Translations under genes and position numbers: made by a program | Assembly: GCF_963921235.1 (NCBI RefSeq) | Contig: NC_086108.1 | Span: 42,472,001 to 42,536,000 of the forward strand | From: Mobula hypostoma | Taxonomy: Eukaryota | Direction of reading: 5' to 3' | DNA length: 64,000 bases | The notes under the pieces: generated by a model | Database searches by the model: none | What the model was told of the DNA's origin: nothing | Seen by the model: only the letters and a program-made list of their open reading frames with translations | Part shown: piece after piece, positions 12,301-24,300 of the stretch | Numbering within the stretch: position 1 is the first letter of the stretch | Layout of the letters: each line of letters begins with the position of its first letter

Positions 12301-15300
12301 GAAAATCAGATACAATAAAGTTTGTGCTAAAGATTCCCTTCAACCAAATTGGGCAGAAGTGCAAGGAAAGTAAATATACAAAAAAAATTCAGTGAGCTAA
12401 GTTTCCCCATGCCAATAGGAAAAAGCATCTGTGGAAAATCATGGAACTTAATTCAGGTGTAATGTCATGAAAGGTTTAAAGCACACTCACCCAAGGGTTT
12501 TGGTGGTGTGGATGTGACAGGTAAAGCCTTCGCCGCACAACTCTGATTTCCTGTGAATGAACATCGCTGGTCATCCATACGATTACTCTGGAACTGACTC
12601 AGCAAGTCAAAGAAGCCTTCATCTCCCATTAAATCTGAATTGATTTTCTGAAAATAAGTTTCACAAACTACGCTCAATCTCATTCTAACATTCAACAATA
12701 CTACACAGATATGTGAAAAAAATCATTTCACTTCCCTTGAACCAATTCCGAAATGGGGATAGTTATTTGAAACATTAATAGAGTGAATATTCTATCCAAT
12801 ATTGGCCTGGTAATAAATCATAGAAATCCAAGTGCTCTGTTATACCACAAATGTAGAGAAAAACAAAATGCCTAAATTTATACAAATGGCAAAAGAACCC
12901 AAAGCAGTCAAAAGGTAATTTTTTTTTTCTTACACAAGAAGTTATAAGTTGGAATGCAATACCTAAAAAGGTGAACTTAACATCCTGGCTTAGACTTCAA
13001 CTTTATATCCAGTCTAAATTGCATCACTTGTTCTCTGTTACATTGTAATGTAACAAGTGAGTGCCCCTCCCTTGATCGAGGTTGTCCGTGGATGTTGCAT
13101 CCTAGCTATCTATGTTGTTGGTGATGGCTGGCAAGAATAATGCGTAGGTGGCAGTCTCTCATGCAAAAGTTGCATCTTTATGTGATCTGGGCTCTGCAGG
13201 AGATGCAGTGTTCCTTTCTATGGGCCCATTTGTCTTCTGCTGTTTTCCACACCTGACTTAAGGTGTCGTTTTAGGCTGCTGCTTTCTCTATTTGGCGCAG
13301 TGGGCTGCAAGTTCCTCCCAGAACTCAGTGTTGATGTCCAGTGGCTTCATGTCCTGCTTGCAGATGATATTGTAGCGCAGTTGCAGGCAGCCAGCAGTTC
13401 TCTTACCTGGAGCCAGCTCACTGTCGAGGATGTCTTTGGGATGCAGCCATCCTGCATGCAGCAGACATGGCCCAGCCAGCACAGTCTACGCAGGTGTACA
13501 CAGTAGGGAGGCCAGTATAAGAGAGAACCTCAGCATTTGGTACTCGTTCTCTCCAGGAAGTGCATAAGATACAAAGACGACACCTTAAATGGAAGGTGTT
13601 AAGCCTTCTTTCATGCTTAGTATATGTTGTCTAGGTCTCACTGCCGTACAGCAGTGTACTGGTGACACAAGCATTACCTACAGCCATCTTTGTTTTGACT
13701 GAGAGTCTGGAGTTCTCCCATACACCTATTGTTGAGGCAAGAGTTGTTGCAGCCTTCCCAACGCACTTGCCAATTTCTGCCTCCAAAGGGAGGTTGTCAC
13801 TGATGGTGGACCCCAGGTATGCAAACTGATGAACAACATCCAGTTTACCGTTATCAATGGTAATGATTGGTAGTGCCTTCATGTCTTGTCCCAAGACATT
13901 TGTCTTTTTCAGGTTGATTGCCAGACCAAATTCCTTCACAAGCTAAATATTGTTAAAATATTCAAAGACTTAAATACACTGTTTTGGAACTACATTTTAG
14001 CTGGGGAAAAAGTACTTCTATTTGCTTCCACACATCCTTCTATAATAACCACTTACGTAGTCGGGCTCCTTTCTTTTCCTTGTCTCCTCTCAGCCCCTTC
14101 CTCAGCCATATATACACCTCCAAAATTACTACCTATTCAAGCTATTCTCTTCAGGATAAGTGTTGTTTGGCTGGAATAATATTAAACATTTCATTCAAAT
14201 AAATATCTTGTGATTTGCATGACCCTTTGGAACAACTCATCCATTTAATTCAGCATCAATAAAATTAAGTAATTTTGCTTATACTACAGGTGTTCTAGGT
14301 TGGTTTTCTTCGTGAATGACTCAAGATGATACAGAAATAATCCAGGGAATGAAGTTGGTACACAGAATTCAAAACAAACAAAATATAAAATCTGTATATT
14401 CCGCATCATTTAGCAAACCAAAACATGGCATAATGGTGCAAATACAGAAACTATAAACAGAAAACCAAATTTCTTAAATTAGCTTACCTTTTTTGGAGTA
14501 TGGACTTGAGCATCATTTAAGACCACAGAATTACTGGCATCTTTTAAAGCTTTTGCAGATGAATTGTTACTTTTATGCTTTTTTCCCCTGAATCGGTTTA
14601 TAAACAACAACTTAGTCGATGGTTTCCAAAGGGCAGGTTTCTGTTTCATGAGAATTTCACTCTTCCAATTCTGAACCTAGACAAAAATAAGTTCATCAGT
14701 ATTACAAAACTAGCACATAAAATCTCAAAAAAATAGTTGCTAGTCAGTGGAATACAAGATGAGTTGGACGTAGTTGTGTTTTAAAGAGCATCTTTTTAAC
14801 CCCACTCTGTTAGGGAAGATGCTAAAACAGATCCCTCTGACAAAGAGGAAGCAAGACCTCATTTCATTGCATTGAAATTACTTGTTACTTTCCAGTTAGA
14901 CCTACTGAAAACATCTTAAACTTCAGTACATTGCATAGCATCTGAGAATTTTCCAGAATGGTTAATATGTCCCATTTTGCACACGTCTGCCTTCATTCCT
15001 TTGCACTTCCAAAATATAACTTCACTCCCTTTCAGCTTCCACAACTCATGTTCCAAACAATTTGAGAAATTCAAGCATCTCTACCAAAGAAAACTTCCCA
15101 GTCCATTTGGCATTCTGAAGAGACTGTTAACTCCCAGCATCAAAGCCCTTTCCCACTTAAGCAAAGATACATCAACATTTTCACTTCCCCCTCATCACCC
15201 TTCTTTTTATTTTTAGAATATGCTCTGCTCATTGATGTAGTTTTATCCAAATTGACCTTCTATTTTAAGGCAACTAAACATACATCGCTTGTTTTCTTAA

Positions 15301-18300
15301 GTGCTTTCATTCAGTTTCTTGGTTAGTTCTAAATCTCAAGGGAAATAAATGCAACATGTTTCATTTAAGCAATGTTCAGAGTGACAAAACACCAATTGAA
15401 TTTAATCTTGCCTAATCCAAAATTGTTGGCCATAACTGGGACTCTGAACAGAACACTCCACTGCAAGTCTAGGTCACTCCTGTTGTCTTACCACATAGGA
15501 TTAGAAACTCCAAGGCAATTGGACTCGCACATCTCTACAAGATTAGTATGGGCACAAGGATGGCACAGTAATGGTGAAAATAATGTAGAACACATCCATA
15601 AGTTGCACCCATAAGCATCTGGCCAGCAACAAGTAACAGCAATCCAAAACACTGGTGTCTATTTTACCTTAGAAATACTGAAATCCAATAACCATCTTAT
15701 TCCAGAATCAGATTTCTCATTCACAAAAAGCTATTCAAGTACAATTTTTACAGCATACAAAATGAAATAAAATAAAAACTATGATGGAAGTGTAAGTACT
15801 TTCATGGTAAATAAATGTTAAATTCAGTGTGCAAAGGCTATGATGGAAAGATGTATCTTCAGTGAGAGGAAATACTATTTTGTTGTAGTTTTACATTAAG
15901 TTTCTACACAGTACCAAAGTAACATTTATGCAAAAGAGTGAAAAATTACTTGATACCCAGAAATCAAATCCACAGTATAGAAAAGAGCCCTTTTTGGCTA
16001 GCTCGTCTACATGAGCTCCACTCTACCCTCATCATTGCTTTTCAATAAACGTAACAGCATACCATTTTATTCTTTTCACCTTCATATAAATTTCAGGTTT
16101 TGTATTTATGCTACTGCTTCATAAACTTAATATTCTTTTAATTCCTTATTTGGTATATTTGTCTCATTATTTATGTCAAATGGTCTTCAAATCTCCAAAA
16201 CGTGGAAACATTTATCCATAATCTCAATGCAACTCAAATGCTAATTCCACTATCAATCACCCATTTAAACCTGTCCTACGTTTTTTTAAATTTTCTTTTT
16301 CCTGAATTCTGATCAACATCTTTTATATTAGCTTACACATTTTTGGCAATTTACAGTAGCCAATCAACTTATCATCCCATGTAATTGGGATCTAGGAAGA
16401 AACCAGAGCATTCAGTAGAAACTCATGCCATCAAAGGAAGAAAGTGCAAGCTTCACACAAAAAGCATCCAAAGTCTGGGTTGAAGCCAGGTTTCCAGCAC
16501 CAGCTATACTACTGTGCTACTCCAGTTGTCCAATAATTCAGGTCTTTATGGATCCAGTTTATCTTTGCTCCACTGCTGAAGGTGTGTCACCTCAATGTTT
16601 GGGCATCAAGCCTTTCCATTTTTCTAAAACGTCCTTGAAATCTTCTCCATCAATGTTTCCTTTTATTGGCTTATGAAATATTACAATTGGCATAATTATT
16701 TCTAGAACTACCAATACCCATACCTTTTCTGGTGTTAACTTCATAAGTTCCATTTTCTCCATACTCTGCCGACGGCCCAATCTTGGTCGAGCTCCTGCAA
16801 AGAACAAAGTTACCTTCTTTGGTTCTGTTTTCACTCTTGAATATTTTAACCAGGGGGTGACACTAATGATAACAGCTGTCTATATACACAGTCTTTCATA
16901 TTCTTCTGCTGCCTATCTGAATGATCTATTAAGTATGTTAATTGAACATGTCCATTTTATGACCACCACCAGAGCTAATTTGTGCACCACTACCCTTTTT
17001 TAATTGAGGGATGTCCTGAAAGATTACAAGTTGCATCCCATTGGCAGCTCAATTGTCAATGCAGCAGTAGTAGTGATAGAAGTAGTGACAGCAGTAGTAG
17101 TGATAGAAGTAGTAGTGACAGCAGTAGTAGTGATAGAAGTAGTGACAGCAGTAGTAGTGATAGAAGTAGTGACAGCAGTAGTAGTGACAGAAGAAGCCAG
17201 AGACTGATTATGTGGAAAATGCACATGATGCATTACTGCAACTGACACCACCAAGCTCCACTTCCAATACTAACACCATGAGGGTACATAGAAACATAGA
17301 AACATAGAAAATAGGTGCAGGAGTAGGCCATTCGGCCCTTCGAGCCTGCACCGCCATTTATTATGATCATGGCTGATCATCCAACTCAGAACCCAGCCTT
17401 CCCTCCATACCCACTGACCCCTGTAGCCACAAGGGCCATATCTAACTTCCTTTTAAACATAGCTAATGAACTGGCCTCAACAGTTTGCTGTGGCAGAGAA
17501 TTCCACAGATTCACCACTCTCTGTGTGAAGAAGTTTTTCCTAACCTCGGTCCTAAAAGGCTTCCCCTCTATCCTCAAACTGTGACCCCTCGTTCTAGACC
17601 TCCCCAACATCGGGAACAATCTTCCTGCATCTAGCCTGTCCAATCCCTTTAGGATCTTATACGTTTCAATCAGATCCCCCCTCAATCTTCTAAATTCCAA
17701 CGAGTACAAGCCCAGTTCATCCAGTCTTTCTTCATATGAAAGACCTGCCATCCCAGGAATCAATCTGGTGAACCTTCTTTGTACTCCCTCTATGGCAAAG
17801 ATGTCTTTCCTCAGATTAGGGGACCAAAACTGCACACAATACTCCAGGTGTGGTCTCACCAAGGCCTTGTACAACTGCAGTAGTACCTCCCTGCTCCTGT
17901 ACTCGAATCCTCTCGCTATAAATGCCAGCATACCGTTCGCAAGTACAAGTAGGCTTGTGAGACAAGAGCCACAGTAAAAGACAGAAGGCCACAGGAGTGT
18001 TAGGAAATCTGGGGTGCCAACCTGGCAAAAAGGAGGGAAGCCTGCACATCAGAATACCACAGAATTATCTGGCAGGAAAACTTTCTAAGACAAAGCAACA
18101 CACAAAATGCTGGCCACGCAGGCAGCATCTACAGAGAAGGGTAAACAGTCGACGTTTTGGGCTGTGACCCGTCATCTGAACCAGTAGGATGCACCAATAG
18201 CTGGCAAGTTGTCAGGATGACCTGACCGATTGCAACAGACTGCAAGGATCATGAAGCAATTCACTTTGCAATTATTGCAGGTGACTGCTCAGACCAGGAA

Positions 18301-21300
18301 TGCATCATTTCCACCCTGGAGGAGATATCCACATTCACTCGTTGGTCCATCCACAATCTCACTGTTAGCTGGCAAGGAAGCACAGACAGAAGCCATCCAA
18401 CATCTTCGTGCCTCATGGGTGGGTCCTACCAAGGCACAGAAAGTTCAAGCACAGTATGCATTGCCCACTGACCATAATGTTTATGGAATGTGGTCTTTGG
18501 AGAACTGATGGTCTTTTAAACATTTATTGGTTTAGTTTTTTCTGCAGTATTCATCTGTAGCAGTAAATGGTATGTGTAAATAGCCAGAAAAGCTGATCAA
18601 TGTCAAGAAGTTAGAGGCATGTGTAAGCATAATCATGGGAGATTTTAATTTACCTACAGAGCAAACAAAGTTAGCAATGATGGTGTGGAGGACAATTTAA
18701 GGATTATGTGCAATACAATTGAGAAAACAATGAGGAAACATGCTATTGTAATCTAGAATTATTGAATGAGAAAACGTTAATCTGGTATTAAGAGAAATGA
18801 TTAGTAATAATGCTAGTTTTATAGTAGTCGGGGTGCAAATTAAGCTATGATAGTTTGGAAAAACACAAGACCTATAGAAACAATGAAAACAAGAAATCAA
18901 GTGCAAGCGAGGAGCCAAGGAGAGAAAAATGTAGAAATAAAAATAAAAATGGGAAGAGAGAGTAATCATTTCCTCAATCCAGTATCTGAAAGAGTTGGCT
19001 TTGGGTGCACTGGTGTCAAATTTCCAAAATTACAGCAATTCTCTACCAGTTACCAGACATCCCACCCTACAAAAACTCATTTCAGGGAGGTAGCAGCCCC
19101 GCCTCCCGTGACCCCATATCCAACCCCGCCCCCCCGACCTCCAAGGGTGTATGTAATACTTTGTTTAGTGATTTTGTCTAATCTGTAAACCAAGTTGGGT
19201 ATATGCAGAAAATATGACATTAAAATATGTACATATATTATATTATATTATAATGTTTATTCTATTACAACTTTAAGCAAGTTTACAGGGAGTTTGGCAT
19301 CATCACGTAGGACATCAATAGAGAGCTCCTTAGCAGCTAGCCAGCTAGTTTAAATAACGTTAGCTACGCTAATGAACGAATGACACCTGTTAAACTCACC
19401 TCAACATGTCTTCTACATTTTAACCCACCATGGGCAATAGAAAAGTCACTGTTGCAAACAGTGCAGCGAGCAACACTGTCATTATTTTTGAGGTCGACTG
19501 TAGAGCCCGCCCACAGAGAAAACTGATAGGTCTACTTAGCACGAAGAGAGAACAATCAGGATGCTCGCTCTCCCTCTCAAAAAAATCAATTTGCAGGATA
19601 TTGTATATAATTTCCGGGCATCAGGGAGCCACTATCAATATGCAGGAGACTCCCGGAACTTCTGGGAGAGGTGGGATGTCTGAGTTACTATTAGAAAGAT
19701 GAGAATTACATTTCCTACCTTCCATTCATAAACAGGGAAAGAAAATGGGAACCACAGACCAGTTAGTGTGACACCATCAGCTGGAGGAAGTGGTTACAGG
19801 GCACTTGGAAATTACTGATAGGATTGGGCAAAAAGGAAAATCATGCTTGGCAGATCTTTCGTAGGTAGCAACAATCAGATAAGGTACTATACAAAAGGGA
19901 ATAAAATTAGGGCACATAGGACTAGAAATTGTATACCAGCATGGACTGAAAATTGGTTAACAGACAGAGAGCAGTCAGAAAAAATATGTAATTTTCAGGG
20001 ATTGAAGTTGTATCTAATGATGCAATCTCTCTATCAATGGTTTGGAATGAAGAAATTAATTGTATTGATGATACAAAACTGACTGGCAATATGGGTGATA
20101 AGAAGTTAGATGACTAAGTGGAAATAAACAAACTGTACGAATAGGCAAGAATATAGTAGATGAGAATATAATGTGAAAATGAGAGGTCTTCTACTTCGGT
20201 AGAAAAAAAATGAAATGTAGTGTACAGGTGAGAGATTGAAAAGCTGTTAGTGTTCAGGAGCCTCCTGAGTGTCCTTGTACAGAAACTATTGAAAATCAAC
20301 AAGCAATTAAAAAGATACAAGGTCTGTTGAACTTTGTTGCAATATAACCAATAACCATACAGTTATGAAGAAACATTGATCAGTTCTTGTGGGTACAAAA
20401 GCCTCCAACTAAGAAAATTAAACAAGCCCATCAGGTTCCTATATGCTCCATATCAGAACTAATAGTTGTTTACCCAGAGAAATAAGTACATTTAAGTACC
20501 GAAACATGGAAAATTGCAGGGCTGACGGGCAGAAAATTGCCATTACCAGGCGTAATATATATGCTGAGATTCGCATAAAGCAACTTTGATGATTGCCCTG
20601 AATGCTGCTCCCCACAACAGCACAAGGTTAAAATGAAATCCCAGGAGTTCCTTTACTGAATTTTTCTGTACTCACCTTGATAGCTGTAGTCCAATTCATG
20701 ACTTGTGGATAAGAAAGAGCTGTTTGTACTATAGCTAACACCCAACACCAACTGAAGATCTGAAAGATTCATTCGGGCTGTGAGTTCACCACTCTTATCC
20801 CCTACCTGCAAAAAGACAATGACAGTAAAACATGTTTTATTTAATCTTAGGGGCTGTAGTTCCATTTTGTAAGCTACACTTCAAAAGCTACACAGAGAAT
20901 ATCACAGTGTTAGGTAAAATAACTATTTATAAAACCACATTCGTCCCACACCCAAGAACTAAAGATTGTATTTTTGTGCAAGTAATTTAACAATGTTGGA
21001 AGTAAGAGATTTTGCCCACTTATTATTCTCCATTATTCACATATTTACTCACAATTTCTTTTGTGAAATATGCTATGTTTCTGAGAAACAACAGTCCTGA
21101 TAGTATGCAGTACTAGGTTGGGAATACAAAGCAGAAGACTGGAATTCTGGTTGAAAAACATGAACAAATAACTCATTTGGTTTTAATTACTCATCAGTGA
21201 CCTTCCATCCATCGCAAACATCACAAATGTGGATTTTGTCTTCATAATTTCCCAGCAAATAAACAGTCCATGTCTCTATTAACATTCAGATAACATTATA

Positions 21301-24300
21301 ACTGACAAGTAATATTCACCCCATGAAATGCCAGGCAATGTTCATTACTAAGAGAGAGAATAAACATTTACCCTTGACAGTGGCATTGACATCACTAAAT
21401 TCCCCCACCATCAAGATCCAGTCATTGACTATAGACCAGAAAATCAACTGGACCAGCCACACAAAAATGATAGCTGCAAAGAAAAGTAGGTGGCTGGATA
21501 TCTAGAAGCCAATGGCTTGCCTCCTAACGTCCTCATAGTCCACAAGATACCAGTGAGAATTGTGATGGAGTACCCTCCATTTCCTTGATCGCTATGTAGT
21601 TTCAGAATCTCTGAGGAAGCTCAGCAAAAGGCAACCTGCTCAAATGGATGTTTCCATCTTTCTGAACTAAGGCACTCAGGAAACCTTTGCAGTCACAAGG
21701 AGACAGCACCAGCTCTAAACTGTGCTTCTCCTCACCTATTGCAAATCAACATTCTATCATAACAATGGAACATATTGGAAATACTCAGCAATTGGACAGT
21801 CTTTGTTGGGAGAGAAATTTGAACAGATTACATATTCAAGGATGTGCATAACAGGTACAGACAGCAAGGAACAAAAATGAGATACTTGAGAGATACAAGA
21901 AATGCAAGAGAACACTGAAGGAAATTAGAATGGATAAAAGAAAGCATGAGGCTTCTCTATCAGACAAGAACAAGAAGAATGCCAAGGGCTTCTACAAATA
22001 AATTAAGAGCAAAATGAGAACAAGGGACAAAATTGGTCCTCTTGAAGATCAGTGGTCATCTATGCATAGATCCGAGAAAATTGGGAAGATCTTAAAAGGA
22101 ATTTTTGCATCTGTTTTAACTGATGAAACAGAGAGTCCATAGAAGTGAGGTAAAACAGCAGTAAAATCATGGATTGTATTGGTTTCAACTAATCATATAA
22201 AATTTTGAGGAAGTTACCAGGAAAGTTCATGAAGGCAAGTCAGTGGACGTTGTTTACATGGACTTAGCAAGGCTTTTGATAAGGTCCTGCTTGGGAGGAT
22301 GGTTAAGAAGATTCGATCACTTGACATTCGGGATGAGGTAATAAATTGGATTAGACCTTGTCTTTGGTTGCCCCTCTGACTGCAGGCCTGTGACTAGTGG
22401 TGTCACAGAGATCAGAGATTTGCTGGGTCCATTGCTGCATCTCATATATATCAACAAACTGAATGATTTTGTGGCAGATTGGATCTGCAAATTTGCGGAT
22501 GACACCAAGATTGGGGGTTTGGTGGAAAGTGAGGAAGCCTATCAAAGCTTGCAGCTGGATCTGGAGCAGGTGGAAAAATGGGCTGATAAATGGCAGATGA
22601 AATTTAACGCAGACCAGTGTGAAGTGTTACACTTTGGGAAGACATACCAGGGCAGGACCAGTAAGCAGTAGGGCACTGCGGAGTGCAGTAGAACAGATCT
22701 GGTAATACAGATCCATAATTCCTTGAAAATGGCATCACAGTAGGATAGGATCATAAAGAGAACTTTTGGCACATTGGCCTTCATTAATCAAAGTACTGAA
22801 TACAGAAGCTGAGTTGTTGAAGTGGTAGAAGATGTTGGTGAGGTCTAAGTTGGAGTATTGCAGCCAGTTTTGGTCACCTACCTAAAGGAAAGAGAAAAAT
22901 TAGAAGTATGTTGCCAGGACTTGAGGACCTGACTTATAGGGAAAGGTTGAATAGATTAGGACTTTATTCAATGGAGCCGAGGAAAAAGAAGGGAGATTTG
23001 ATAGAGGTGTACAAAATTATGAGGGGTATAGTTAGGGCAAGCGGAAACAGGCTCTTTCCACTGAGTCTGGGTGAGATCAGAACTAGAATTAAAGGTGAAA
23101 TGTTTACCGGAGAACATGAGGCGGATCTTCTTAACTCTCAGGGTGGTGAGAGTGTGGAATGAGTTGTCAGCTGAAGTGGTGGATAGGTACAGTACTGTGC
23201 AAAAGAATGAGGCACATATATATAGTTAGTGTGCCTAAGACTTTTGCACAATACTGTATGTGTTAACGTGTACTTTTGGTCCAGGTTTTGGAATTTTTTC
23301 CATGAACTACTGTATCTCTTTCAATTTCCTCTTGCAAGCTTTTCCGATATCTGTTACAATGAAACAATCCACAGTTGTAATTTTGCGATGTATGGAAGGT
23401 CATTGAGGAAACAGTTTAAGGTGTATGTGCATAGTCACTGCAGTAACACCCTGGGACTGGGCTAATTGTTACATTTGTACGCTTGGTGCTCCAATTTTCT
23501 AGTACTGAAGAAAAGTGAAACACTGGAGTGTGTTGTATCTGACATCTTAGCTTTCTCTGTTTAGGATTTGGATGCATTTCTACATAGCTTTATTTTCCCC
23601 TTTGTTTAAATACCAACAGTAAAGTATGCCCAATAACTCTTAGTTATAGAACAAGCTAGTACTTTTTCTTCTAGTTAAACTTGTGCCCAATGTGAAACCA
23701 AACAACACCAATATTAATTGCATCATCTATGACTTGGGAATTCCCAAAATATCCCTGATCCGATATTCTGCTCCTTACAGTTGCCAGCTCAGGGTGGACT
23801 TCTAGATGACAACCTTATAGTATGCTGCATCTCATGTTTACCTCTCTTGAAATTTCAAAGTGTTTCTCTGCAAAATGCACTGCTTGTTCGTGATCTCCTA
23901 ATGCAGTATAAGCATTTCCCAAACTCCAACAAGCTCTTCCTTCACCAATCCTAAAATTAAAATAAAAAGATGAGTTTAGAAATCTATGCCATATTATTTT
24001 ATTCTTTCATCTATTTTTAATCTGTATTAACTTAAATGGTCTATATCTACTGATTAAAAATTGAGTCAAATCTATTTCACCCCAGAAAGGAAAATGCATC
24101 AAAAAGCTTCCATCTTATGGAACACCAACAACAATTTGATAGGTCAAAGGACAGCTTGCCATACATGAGCAGCTAAATTGCAGATGACAGACCACAGTTC
24201 ACAACGGCATACAGTTAGGTTCTCAGAAGAATGGCAGCTTGAACATTCCACATATTGTTTTCAGAGAAGGAAGAGAAACTGTGAAGATGATCAAAGAATC

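Noticed and set aside
16982..17254. Ser-, Thr- and Val-rich ORFs resembling mucin or phosphoprotein
   Set aside because: Translations of the minisatellite; no splice context.
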